The position numbers and the translations under genes were made by a program. Below, piece by piece: positions 1-9,619 of a stretch of DNA of 64,000 nucleotides. Each line of letters opens with the position of its first letter. Position 1 is the first letter of the stretch. The notes beneath the pieces are model-generated. The model searched no databases, had not been told where the DNA came from, and saw only the letters and a list, made by a program, of their open reading frames with translations. This DNA is from an uncultured Pelagibacteraceae bacterium (GTDB lineage Bacteria > Pseudomonadota > Alphaproteobacteria > Pelagibacterales > Pelagibacteraceae), in the NCBI GenBank assembly GCA_902581695.1, contig CACHOW010000002.1, forward strand, positions 277 through 64,276, in the 5' to 3' direction.

Positions 1-1
1 T

Positions 2-340
2 TTAAAGTCATTAGAAGAAAATGTAATTTATTTTCAATCTCCATCAGAAATAAAAGTTTTAGCTGAAGTAAAAAAAAATAAAATTAGAGTTGGGGGAATG
101 GTTAAAAATAACTCGATATCAGTCCAATCAGAAGAATTAAAATTTGTCATTACTGATTTCAAAAATGAAATAATGGTTAGTTATTCAGGGGTTGTTCCAA
201 ATCTTTTTGCTGAAGGCAAAGGTGTTGTTGCAGAAGGATACTTAAAAGACAAAAATTTTTTTTTAGCAACAAAAATTTTAGCTAAGCATGATGAAAATTA
301 TATGCCACCAGAAGTGAAGACTGCGATAGAAGGGAAATAG
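2..340 (+). CDS. ccmE: Cytochrome c maturation heme chaperone CcmE (5'-truncated by window edge)
   Basis: Frame open from base 2 ([14 protein letters not shown]...IRVGGMV); heme-binding [10 protein letters not shown] motif; precedes ccmF. Confidence 0.95.
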   Translation, partial: LKSLEENVIYFQSPSEIKVLAEVKKNKIRVGGMVKNNSISVQSEELKFVITDFKNEIMVSYSGVVPNLFAEGKGVVAEGYLKDKNFFLATKILAKHDENYMPPEVKTAIEGK

Positions 341-343
341 ATT

Positions 344-2221
344 TTGGCGAGTTTAATTGGATCTTACTCATTATTTTTTGGATTAGGTTGTTCTTTGTTA
401 GTTGTGTTTTTTTCTTTAAAAGACTTAAAGAATTTAAATAATTTAGATAATAAAATTTTATCCCTTACATTTTTGCAATTTCTTTTAGTTGTTTTAAGTT
501 TTTTTGGACTGATTATTTCTTTTGTAAATTCAGATTTTAGTAATTTAACAGTATTTAATCATTCCCACACTACAAAACCATTATTCTATAAAATTTCTGG
601 TACATGGGGAAACCATGAGGGAAGTTTGTTACTTTGGTTGTTAGTATTAACTTTATTTATATTTTTATTTCTAATCAGATCTAAAAAAGAACCTAAGAAA
701 TATAGAATTTTAACTATATTGTTCCAACAAATTATAATTATTGGTTTTTTTATTTTTTTAATAAAAACTTCAAATCCTTTTGATTATATTTATCCAGTGC
801 CAAAGGAAGGTCTTGGATTAAATCCAATTTTACAAGATCCTGCTTTAGCATTTCATCCCCCAATTTTATATTTAGGTTATGTTGGAACTTCTATAATTTT
901 TTCTTCAGTTCTAGCAGCTTCAGTATCGAACTATATTACAAAAGAATGGGCAAAACATATAAAACAATGGGTTATAATATCTTGGATTTTTCTTTCTTTA
1001 GGAATTTTATTAGGTTCGATATGGGCATACTATGAATTAGGATGGGGAGGATTTTGGTTTTGGGATCCAGTTGAAAATATTTCTTTAATGCCTTGGTTAG
1101 CATTAACCACCCTTTTACATTGCATATTAGTTTTAGAAAAAAAATCAATATTAACTTCTTGGGTAATTATTTTGTCTATAGCAACATTTACTTTAAGTAT
1201 GAGTGGTACTTTTTTAGTTCGCTCAGGAATCTTAAATTCAGTGCATACATTTGCGAATGATCCAGAAAGAGGTTTATTTATTTTAATATTTTTATTTACT
1301 TTAATATTTCTATCTCTCTTTGTTTTTTTCTTTTTTCATAAGACAGATAAAAAAAATACAACATCCTTTTTTTTATTGAGTAAGGAAACTTCAATATTAG
1401 TTAATAATTGGTTTATGATGTACTTTCTTGCAGTTGTTTTGATTGGTACCATCTATCCAATATTCTTAGATGTTATATCATCTCAGAAAATATCAGTTGG
1501 CCCACCATTTTATCACAAATTAATTATTCCTTTTTTAATTCCATTTCTTTTAATGATGGCGATAGGTCCAAAATTAAATTGGATTAAATCAGAGTTACAA
1601 AATAAATTTTATCTGGCTTCATTTTTTGTAATCTCATTGTTTTTGTCTTTCATGATTATAAGAATGTTAGAAATTAGTATTCTTATAAATACTGTATTAT
1701 TTGCTTCAGCTTTTTACTTATTCTTTATTACATTGAGAGATTTTTTTATTAAAGGTTTTAAAAATTTAGCTCAAAATATAGCTCATTTTGGTTTTAGTTT
1801 ATTGATACTAAGTATTTTATTTAACAACTTTCTATCAACCGAAATAATAACTAATTTAAAAGTTGGTGAAACTTATCAATCTAATAAATTAACAATAAAC
1901 TTTGAAAAAATAGAGAAAAAGAAAATGCAAAACTTTGAAGCGATTATAGGAAAATTTAACATAAAGAATGAAAGTGATTATATTGAGATATTAAAACCTG
2001 AATTAAGAATCTATAATCAACCTAATATAGTGACAAGTGAGGCAGACATTAAGACAAATTTGTTTTCGGATAAATTCATGACAATGAATTTAGTTCAAAA
2101 CCAGGAATATTTTAATATTAGATATCAGAAAAAACCTTTTATGATTTGGATTTGGTTTTCGGTATTAATAATTAGTTTTGGTGGATTATTTAGTTTACTT
2201 AAAAAAAGATATGAGAGTTAA
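344..2221 (+). CDS. ccmF: Cytochrome c-type heme lyase CcmF
   Basis: WGGFWFWDPVEN (WWD domain), WGNHEGS, conserved His in FHPP, LLHC, SVHTF, IAHFG; many TM helices; TTG start. Confidence 0.96.
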   Translation: MASLIGSYSLFFGLGCSLLVVFFSLKDLKNLNNLDNKILSLTFLQFLLVVLSFFGLIISFVNSDFSNLTVFNHSHTTKPLFYKISGTWGNHEGSLLLWLLVLTLFIFLFLIRSKKEPKKYRILTILFQQIIIIGFFIFLIKTSNPFDYIYPVPKEGLGLNPILQDPALAFHPPILYLGYVGTSIIFSSVLAASVSNYITKEWAKHIKQWVIISWIFLSLGILLGSIWAYYELGWGGFWFWDPVENISLMPWLALTTLLHCILVLEKKSILTSWVIILSIATFTLSMSGTFLVRSGILNSVHTFANDPERGLFILIFLFTLIFLSLFVFFFFHKTDKKNTTSFFLLSKETSILVNNWFMMYFLAVVLIGTIYPIFLDVISSQKISVGPPFYHKLIIPFLIPFLLMMAIGPKLNWIKSELQNKFYLASFFVISLFLSFMIIRMLEISILINTVLFASAFYLFFITLRDFFIKGFKNLAQNIAHFGFSLLILSILFNNFLSTEIITNLKVGETYQSNKLTINFEKIEKKKMQNFEAIIGKFNIKNESDYIEILKPELRIYNQPNIVTSEADIKTNLFSDKFMTMNLVQNQEYFNIRYQKKPFMIWIWFSVLIISFGGLFSLLKKRYES

Positions 2222-2729
2222 GATTTTATTACCTATATTTGTTATTTTTTTCTTAGTTATTTTCCTCATTTTTTATAAAGGTTTAAATCATACAAATATT
2301 TATACCCCAAAAATTATATCAAATGAAAATATTCCACTATTTAAAACAATTGAATTTCAATCAGATAATGAAATAACTTCGAAGGAAGTTTTTTCTGGTA
2401 ACGATTATTATTTATTGAATATTTGGGCTTCATGGTGCATTCCTTGTAGAGATGAACATAATTTTTTAATGAAATTAAAAAAGAACGAGAAAATAGAAAT
2501 AATTGGTCTTAATTATAAAGATAAAGAAAAAAATGCAAAAAAATTTTTAAATGAATTAGGTGATCCTTACAAAAAGATTTTGTCAGACTCAGATGGAACT
2601 ATTTCTATCGAATGGGGAGCGTATGGAGTACCAGAATCATTTTTAATTCATAAAAATAAAGTCATAAAAAAAATTATTGGACCTTTAAATGATAGTTCCT
2701 TCAAAGAAATTGAAAGATTAGTAAAATGA
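2211..2729 (+). CDS. ccmG: Thiol:disulfide oxidoreductase CcmG/DsbE
   Basis: N-terminal TM anchor, WASWCIPCRDEH thioredoxin motif, GAYGVPESF; ATG at 2211 preferred to the 2178 ORF start. Confidence 0.92.
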   Translation: MRVKILLPIFVIFFLVIFLIFYKGLNHTNIYTPKIISNENIPLFKTIEFQSDNEITSKEVFSGNDYYLLNIWASWCIPCRDEHNFLMKLKKNEKIEIIGLNYKDKEKNAKKFLNELGDPYKKILSDSDGTISIEWGAYGVPESFLIHKNKVIKKIIGPLNDSSFKEIERLVK

Positions 2730-3091
2730 AAATTATTAATTTACTAATTATAATTATAATTTTATTTAATTTTAACTTATCCAATGCAAAAGATATAAAT
2801 TCGAGTAGCAAAATTACAAAAAACTTACGTTGCTTAGTTTGCCAAGGACAATCTGTGCATGATTCCGACTCCGAGTTTGCTATCAGCTTAAAACTGGTTG
2901 TTGAAAAAAAAATTGATGAGGGCATGTCTGAAAAAGAAATTTATGAATTTCTTCAGATTAAATATGGAGATTGGATACTATATGACCCAGAATTAAACCA
3001 AAAAACCTTTATTTTATGGTTTTTACCATTATTGTTATTTTTAATTGGAGGTGCAATAATATTCAAGAATTTGAAAATAAAAAAAAATTAA
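2726..3091 (+). CDS. ccmH: Cytochrome c biogenesis protein CcmH (CycL)
   Basis: LRCLVCQGQS motif, YGDWILYDP, C-terminal TM; ccm operon context. Confidence 0.93.
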   Translation: MKIINLLIIIIILFNFNLSNAKDINSSSKITKNLRCLVCQGQSVHDSDSEFAISLKLVVEKKIDEGMSEKEIYEFLQIKYGDWILYDPELNQKTFILWFLPLLLFLIGGAIIFKNLKIKKN

Positions 3092-3104
3092 GCATATTAT
3101 TCGA

Positions 3105-3620
3105 ATGAAAATTTTAAAAAGTTTATTTTGTACATTATTACTCTTACTGCCCTTGACTGCAAAATCAGAGGAAATTAAGTTAGATGATAAAACAACTGAA
3201 TTGAATGTTTACACTGGAATGTTTGATTTTAGTGATAATGGAAAAAGATCTACTTTAGTTGGAATTCAGCATCAAAATGAAGAGTTAAAAAGGAAAACTT
3301 TTTTAGGAAATTTATCTCCGATAACGGGAGCAATGATTACAGCAGATAATGCCTCTTATTTTTATACAGGAGTTCAAGCTGAGTACTCTATTGGATTTTT
3401 AAATTTGACGCCAAGTTTTGCACCTGGTTACTATAATCAAGGTGATGGAAAAGATCTTGGTCATTCACTTGAATTTAAAAGTGAGGTACAACTATCTTTA
3501 GATTTACCAAAAAAAAATAGTCAATTAGGTTTTTCATATAATCACATTTCAAATGCAAGTTTGGGAGATAAAAATCCTGGAGCTAATAGTTATTCATTTA
3601 ATTTCCTTCAACAATTTTAA
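3105..3620 (+). CDS. Acyloxyacyl hydrolase / lipid A 3-O-deacylase (PagL-like) outer-membrane beta-barrel
   Basis: Signal peptide, alternating beta-strand pattern, EFKSE and HISNASLG..NPG motifs, terminal Phe. Confidence 0.8.
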   Translation: MKILKSLFCTLLLLLPLTAKSEEIKLDDKTTELNVYTGMFDFSDNGKRSTLVGIQHQNEELKRKTFLGNLSPITGAMITADNASYFYTGVQAEYSIGFLNLTPSFAPGYYNQGDGKDLGHSLEFKSEVQLSLDLPKKNSQLGFSYNHISNASLGDKNPGANSYSFNFLQQF

Positions 3621-3632
3621 CCTAAGTAAATC

Positions 3633-4784
3633 ATGAATTTAAAAGACTGTCATAATTTTAAAGATTTTAGAAAATTAGCAAAAAAAAAATTACCCTCTCC
3701 GATTTTTCATTATATAGATGGTGCTGCTGATGATGAGATTACATATGCAAGAAATACAAGTTCATTTGATGATGTTGATTTGGTTCCAAATGTTTTAAGA
3801 GGAGTTGAGGATGTTGACTTATCAACTACAATATTTGGAAAGAAACTTGACTTACCTTTTTATCTTGCTCCTACAGCGCTCCAAAGACTTTTCCATTATG
3901 ATGGTGAAAGAGCAGTAGGAAAAGCGGCACAAAAATTTAATACTATGTTTGGAGTTTCTGCATTAGCAACAGTTAGCGTAGAAGAGATATCATCTTTAGT
4001 AGATACTCCAAAAATGTTTCAATTTTACTTTCATAAAGACAGAGGTTTAAATGACTCTTGTTTAGAAAGAGCTAAAGCAGCAAAATTTGATGTAATGGCT
4101 TTGACAGTCGATACTATTACAGGGGGAAATCGCGAGAGAGATTTAAGAACAGGATTTACATCTCCACCAAAATTAACTTTATCAAGTTTGTTTAGTTTTG
4201 CTACTAAGCCGATGTGGGGAATTAATTATTTAACTAAAGCTAAATTTGAATTACCTCATCTCCAAGATTTTGTTAAAGAAGGCACTAGCACAAACTCTTC
4301 AATTGGAAACTATTTTTCCACAATGTTAGATCAATCTATGAACTGGAAAGATGCAGAAAAGCTTTGTTCACAATGGGGAGGTCACTTTGCATTAAAAGGT
4401 GTAATGAGTGTTGAGGACGCTAAAAGAGCAGTTGATATTGGGTGTACTGGTATAATGGTTTCAAATCATGGAGGAAGACAACTTGATGGATCTAGATCTC
4501 CATTTGATCAACTTGCTGAAATTGTTGACGCTGTTGGTGATAAACTTGATGTAATATGTGAGGGAGGTATTCATAGAGGAACTCATATGCTTAAAGCATT
4601 ATCATTAGGTGCTAAAGCATGCTCAGGCGGAAGACTTTATCTTTATGCATTAGCTGCTGCTGGTCAGCCAGGTGTTGAAAGAGCTTTAGCACAATATAAA
4701 GCTGAATTGCAGAGGGATATGAAGTTGATGGGCTGCACAAAAGTAAGTGATTTAAATAGAAGTAACTTGAGATTTAGAAGATAG
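3633..4784 (+). CDS. FMN-dependent alpha-hydroxy-acid oxidase/dehydrogenase (LldD/glycolate oxidase family), paralog 1
   Basis: FHYIDG, LTVD, NRERD, LKG, SNHGGRQLD catalytic motif. Confidence 0.92.
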   Translation: MNLKDCHNFKDFRKLAKKKLPSPIFHYIDGAADDEITYARNTSSFDDVDLVPNVLRGVEDVDLSTTIFGKKLDLPFYLAPTALQRLFHYDGERAVGKAAQKFNTMFGVSALATVSVEEISSLVDTPKMFQFYFHKDRGLNDSCLERAKAAKFDVMALTVDTITGGNRERDLRTGFTSPPKLTLSSLFSFATKPMWGINYLTKAKFELPHLQDFVKEGTSTNSSIGNYFSTMLDQSMNWKDAEKLCSQWGGHFALKGVMSVEDAKRAVDIGCTGIMVSNHGGRQLDGSRSPFDQLAEIVDAVGDKLDVICEGGIHRGTHMLKALSLGAKACSGGRLYLYALAAAGQPGVERALAQYKAELQRDMKLMGCTKVSDLNRSNLRFRR

Positions 4785-5941
4785 TGAGTTTAAAAAATTG
4801 TCACAATTTTGAAGACTTTAGAAAATTAGCAAAAAAAAAACTACCATCACCAATTTTTCATTACATAGATGGAGGTGCAGATGATGAGTCAACTTTAAGA
4901 AGAAATACAGATGCATTTAGTGAATGTGATTTAGTCCCAAATATTCTTGCTAGTGTTGGTAAGCCAGATTTATCGACCACGTTGTTTGGCCGAAAAATAG
5001 ATATGCCTATTTTTCTTTCACCAGCAGCAATGCAAAGACTTTATCATCCAGAGGGAGACAGGGCATCAGCTAAAGCAGCTGAAAAGTTTGGTACTTTTTA
5101 TAGCATGTCTTCGATGGGCAACAATTCTATTGAGGAAATATCAAATATTTCAAGTGGTCCAAAATTATTTCAACTTTATGTTCATAAAGATCGTTCAATT
5201 TCTGATGATTTAATTGAAAGATCTAGAAGATCTGGTTTTGATGCAATGTGCTTAACAGTAGACACCTTGGTTGCAGGTAATAGAGAAAAAGATCACAGAA
5301 CAGGTTTCACCACTCCACCCAAACTTACTTTTCAAAGTCTAATGAGTTTTGCAATGCGTCCCGGCTGGGTCTTTAATTATTTAACTGGAAAAAAATTTGA
5401 ACTTTCAAATGTAAAAAAAAAAACAGATAAAGGAACTAGTATTGCGAAATCAGTTATCGAATATATTAATGAACAATATGATCCAGCAATGGGCTGGAAG
5501 GATGCCGAATATTGTGCAAAAAAGTGGGATGGTCCATTTGCTTTAAAAGGAGTAATGAGTGTTGAGGATGCCAAAAGAGCTATTGATATAGGGTGCACAG
5601 CAATAATGATATCAAATCATGGTGGTCGTCAATTAGATGGTTCTCGATCTCCCTTTGATCAAATAAAAACTATTTCGGATGCAGTAGGAGATAAACTTGA
5701 AATTATTTTAGATGGAGGAGTTAGAAGGGGAAGTCATGTATTGAAAGCAATAGCAGCAGGGGCAAAGGCATGTAGTTTTGGTAAAATGTTTTTGTTCTCT
5801 TTAGCCGCAGGTGGCCAAAAAGGTGTTGAGCATCTTCTTCAAAATATGCACGATGAAATAAATAGAAATATGGTATTGATGGGGTGTAAAAATTTAAAAG
5901 AGTTGAATAGTTCGAAATTAATTTATAGAAATAGATTTTAA
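4784..5941 (+). CDS. FMN-dependent alpha-hydroxy-acid oxidase/dehydrogenase, paralog 2
   Basis: Same motifs (SNHGGRQLD, DGGVRRG); GTG start overlaps the paralog 1 stop (TAGTG). Confidence 0.92.
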   Translation: MSLKNCHNFEDFRKLAKKKLPSPIFHYIDGGADDESTLRRNTDAFSECDLVPNILASVGKPDLSTTLFGRKIDMPIFLSPAAMQRLYHPEGDRASAKAAEKFGTFYSMSSMGNNSIEEISNISSGPKLFQLYVHKDRSISDDLIERSRRSGFDAMCLTVDTLVAGNREKDHRTGFTTPPKLTFQSLMSFAMRPGWVFNYLTGKKFELSNVKKKTDKGTSIAKSVIEYINEQYDPAMGWKDAEYCAKKWDGPFALKGVMSVEDAKRAIDIGCTAIMISNHGGRQLDGSRSPFDQIKTISDAVGDKLEIILDGGVRRGSHVLKAIAAGAKACSFGKMFLFSLAAGGQKGVEHLLQNMHDEINRNMVLMGCKNLKELNSSKLIYRNRF

Positions 5942-5959
5942 AATTAAAGGAATATTATC

Positions 5960-7126
5960 ATGAAGCTAGCAAAGAATTTAAATAATTTAGGCACAGAATC
6001 AGCTTTTTCTGTTTTAGCTGAAGCAAAGGCATTAGAGGCTAAAGGAAATCCAATGATACATTTGGGGCTAGGTCAGCCAGATTTTAAAACACCCAAACAC
6101 GTTGTTGAAGCTGCAAAAAAAGCTTTAGATGATGGACATCATGGTTATGTTTTATCTAATGGAATTTTAGAATGTAGACAATCCGTTACGAGATGGATTA
6201 AAAAAAGATATAACGCTGAAGTAGATGCTGAAAGAATTTTAATTATGCCAGGTGGCAAACCCACTATGAGTTATGCAATTCAATGTTTTGGGGAGCCAGG
6301 TGCAGAAATTATTCATCCAACTCCTGCTTTTCCAATTTATGAGTCAATGATTAATTATACAGGTTCAACTTCTGTACCTTATGACTTGACAGAGGACAAA
6401 GATTTAAAATTTAATCCAGAAAAAATATTGTCACTAATTACCGATAAAACAAGATTATTAATATTAATAAATCCAAATAATCCTACAGGAAGTTTTGTAG
6501 AAAAATCACAAATAGATGTTTTAGCTGAAGGACTGAAAAAACACCCACACGTAACTATTTTGAGTGATGAAATTTATAGTAGACAAATTTTCGACAATAA
6601 AGAAATGCCATCTTTTTTTAATTACCCAGAATTGAAAGAAAGATTAATTGTATTGGAAGGATGGAGCAAAGCATATTCAATGACTGGATGGAGATTAGGC
6701 TGGAGTTTTTGGCCTAAAGAATTAGTTCCACATGTAAATAAACTTTTAATAAATAGTGTATCTTGTGTAAATGCAGCTGCGCAATTTGCTGGTATTGCTG
6801 CTTTAGATGGTCCAGATGACTCAATTCATGAAATGATGGAAAAATTTACTGCTAGAAGAAATTTAATTCATCAAGGTTTGAATGATTTACCAGGAGTAGA
6901 ATGTAGTCTTCCTGGAGGAGCTTTCTATGCATTTCCAAAGGTTAGTGGAACAGGAATGAGCGGAAGTGAATTTTGTAAAAAAGCAATGCATGAAGCTGGT
7001 GTAGCAATAGTCCCTGGAACAGCTTTTGGTAAAACTTGCAACGATTATGTTAGATTTAGTTTCGCGGCCTCTAGAGATAATATTTCTCAAGCTTTAGAAA
7101 ACATAAAGAAAATGCTAACTAAATAA
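5960..7126 (+). CDS. PLP-dependent class I/II aminotransferase (AspAT-like)
   Basis: GQPDF, NPNNPTG, SDEIY, WSKAYSMTGWRLG (PLP Lys), GAFY, VRFSFA. Confidence 0.92.
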   Translation: MKLAKNLNNLGTESAFSVLAEAKALEAKGNPMIHLGLGQPDFKTPKHVVEAAKKALDDGHHGYVLSNGILECRQSVTRWIKKRYNAEVDAERILIMPGGKPTMSYAIQCFGEPGAEIIHPTPAFPIYESMINYTGSTSVPYDLTEDKDLKFNPEKILSLITDKTRLLILINPNNPTGSFVEKSQIDVLAEGLKKHPHVTILSDEIYSRQIFDNKEMPSFFNYPELKERLIVLEGWSKAYSMTGWRLGWSFWPKELVPHVNKLLINSVSCVNAAAQFAGIAALDGPDDSIHEMMEKFTARRNLIHQGLNDLPGVECSLPGGAFYAFPKVSGTGMSGSEFCKKAMHEAGVAIVPGTAFGKTCNDYVRFSFAASRDNISQALENIKKMLTK

Positions 7127-7165
7127 GCTGTATTTTTCCTTTAATCTTTATTAGTATTCTCACAA

Positions 7166-8539
7166 ATGAATAATCAAGTTCAAGCAAAATTAAAAAAAAT
7201 CTTCAATGGAAGATTTTCGACTTCGGAGTCTACAAGAGCTAATTATGCTAGAGGTGAGGACACCTATGATCCTGTTTTATCTAAAGCAGTTGTTTTTCCT
7301 GAAACAAATGAAGAAGTTTCAAAAATATTAAGTTTATGTAATGAGCATAAAATCCCAGTGGTTCCTTTTGGTACAGGAACATCCTTAGAAGGAAATGTTG
7401 TAGGAAATGACAAAGGAATTACTATTTCTTTAGAAAAAATGAATAAAATTTTAAGTGTTAATGCAGAAGATTTTGACTGTAGAGTTCAAGCTTGTGTTAC
7501 TAAAGAACAATTAAACGAATATTTAAGAGAAGATGGAGTTTTTTTCCCAATTGATCCTGGAGCGAATGCTGCAATCGGGGGTATGGCATCTACTTCGGCT
7601 TCAGGAACTATGGCAGTAAAATACGGTACGATGAAAACGGCAATTACTGGCCTTACAGTTGTTCTGCCTAGTGGAGAAATTGTAAAAACTGGTAGCAGAA
7701 CTAAAAAAACTTCAGCAGGTTATAATTTAACCAATCTTTTCATCGGCTCTGAAGGCACTTTAGGTATAATTACAGAAATTCAGTTAAGATTATCTCCTAT
7801 CCCAGAAAGTATTATGAGTGCTGTATGCCATTTTCCATCTTTAGAAAGTGCAGTGCAAACTGCTCAGCAAGTAATTCAATATGGTGTGCCTATAGCAAGA
7901 ATTGAGATGCTAAATAAAGAGCAAATGGAGATTAGTATAAACTACTCTAAACTAAAAGATATTGAAGCGGTGCCTACATTATTTTTCGAATTTCATGGTT
8001 CAGAAGCATCAAATCAAGAAAATATAAAAATAGTTGAAGAAATTTCAAAAGACAATAATGGAAGTTCTTTTAAATGGGCAAAAGATTTAGAGGAAAGAAA
8101 TAAACTTTGGAAAGCAAGATGGGATGTTTATTATTCTGTTAAAGCTTTAATCAATAATGGCAGAGTTTATTCAACTGATGTATGCCTTCCTATTTCAAAT
8201 ATAACCGAATGTGTAAATTTTGCTGAGGAGGAGACAAAGAAACTTGGTCTAAGAGCTCCTATGGTAGGGCATTTAGGAGACGGAAACTTTCATGTAATTT
8301 TACCTTATGATCCTAAAGAAGAAGGAATTTATAATAAGATAAGAGACTTTAGTGACTTATTAATTAAAAAAACTCTAGAGCTAAATGGAACAATAACAGG
8401 AGAACATGGAGTCGGATTGCATAAAAAAGCTTATCTTCTTCAAGAGCATGGTGATTGTATTCCATTGATGAAGACTATCAAAAAGAGTATTGATCAAAAT
8501 AATATAATGAATCCTGGCAAAATATTTGATTTGAATTAA
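7166..8539 (+). CDS. FAD-linked D-2-hydroxy-acid dehydrogenase (D-lactate dehydrogenase/GlcD family)
   Basis: PFGTGTSLEG FAD loop, GSEGTLGII, GHLGDGNFH, GEHGVG, NPGK. Confidence 0.9.
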   Translation: MNNQVQAKLKKIFNGRFSTSESTRANYARGEDTYDPVLSKAVVFPETNEEVSKILSLCNEHKIPVVPFGTGTSLEGNVVGNDKGITISLEKMNKILSVNAEDFDCRVQACVTKEQLNEYLREDGVFFPIDPGANAAIGGMASTSASGTMAVKYGTMKTAITGLTVVLPSGEIVKTGSRTKKTSAGYNLTNLFIGSEGTLGIITEIQLRLSPIPESIMSAVCHFPSLESAVQTAQQVIQYGVPIARIEMLNKEQMEISINYSKLKDIEAVPTLFFEFHGSEASNQENIKIVEEISKDNNGSSFKWAKDLEERNKLWKARWDVYYSVKALINNGRVYSTDVCLPISNITECVNFAEEETKKLGLRAPMVGHLGDGNFHVILPYDPKEEGIYNKIRDFSDLLIKKTLELNGTITGEHGVGLHKKAYLLQEHGDCIPLMKTIKKSIDQNNIMNPGKIFDLN

Positions 8540-8548
8540 TCAATAAAA

Positions 8549-9502
8549 ATGAAAAAAATTTTAATTACCAGGAAATTAATTAAAGATAGCGAGGATAAAG
8601 CTTCAAAAACTTTCGAAGCAAAATTTAACTCAAATGATGAATTATATTCACAATCAAAAGTAATAGAAATGAGTCAAGGTTGTGATGGGATTCTTTCATC
8701 TTTGACAGAGAAATTGGATAAAGATACTATTGATAAATTACCGGATACAGTTAAGATTATTTCAAATTTTGCTGTTGGATTTGGAAATATTGATTTAGAC
8801 GCTGCTAAAAAGAGAGGGATTGTGGTTACAAATACTCCTGAGGTTTTGTCAGATGCAACTGCAGAGATTGGTGTCCTTTTGATATTAGGAGCATGTAGAA
8901 GAGCCGCTGAGGGAATTAATTCTGCTAGAGAAGGTGGATGGAAATGGTCAGCAGATTATCTAATTGGAAAACAATTAACAGGAACAAGATTAGGCGTTTT
9001 GGGAATGGGAAGGATTGGACAAAAAATTGCTAAAATAGCTAAATCATTAGGCATGGTAATTCATTATCACAACCGATCAAAATTAAATCCTGAAAAAGAA
9101 AATGGTGCAACCTATCATGATAGTGTGAAAAGTCTTTTTTCAGTTTCAGATGTTTTGTCTATCTGTTGTCCAGCAACAAAAGAAACAGAAAATATGATCA
9201 ATAAAGAGACGGTTGAATACTTCCCTAAAGGGGCAGTCATAACTAATGTTGCTAGAGGAGATATAGTTGATGATGAGGCTTTGATTGATGCTTTGAACAG
9301 AAGAAAAATTTATGCTGTAGGCTTAGATGTTTACAAAAATGAACCAAACTTAAACCCAGGTTATTTAAAAATAAAATCTGCTTTTATTTTACCTCATCTT
9401 GGAAGTGCAACAAAAGATACTCGAATAGCAATGGCAAATTTAGCAATTGATAATATCGATGAGTTTTTCAAGTCTGGAAATTGTAAGAATAAAGTCAATT
9501 AA
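8549..9502 (+). CDS. NAD(P)-dependent D-2-hydroxy-acid dehydrogenase (glyoxylate/hydroxypyruvate reductase-like)
   Basis: GMGRIG Rossmann motif, NVARG, LDVY..EP, PHLGSAT. Confidence 0.92.
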   Translation: MKKILITRKLIKDSEDKASKTFEAKFNSNDELYSQSKVIEMSQGCDGILSSLTEKLDKDTIDKLPDTVKIISNFAVGFGNIDLDAAKKRGIVVTNTPEVLSDATAEIGVLLILGACRRAAEGINSAREGGWKWSADYLIGKQLTGTRLGVLGMGRIGQKIAKIAKSLGMVIHYHNRSKLNPEKENGATYHDSVKSLFSVSDVLSICCPATKETENMINKETVEYFPKGAVITNVARGDIVDDEALIDALNRRKIYAVGLDVYKNEPNLNPGYLKIKSAFILPHLGSATKDTRIAMANLAIDNIDEFFKSGNCKNKVN

Positions 9503-9619
9503 TTCTACTCAGGATTGTATAAAATTAAACTTCTGCGACATCTACACCTTTTTTTAGAAAGACTCTAATCTAAATCTATGTTTAAATTATTCAGTTAATT
9601 AACTACTAGAGGAGAAATA

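Noticed and set aside
9534-9550. TGCGACA upstream of the first dctP as a RegA/PrrA-type site
   Set aside because: Only a half-site is present; no matching second half, so it cannot be supported
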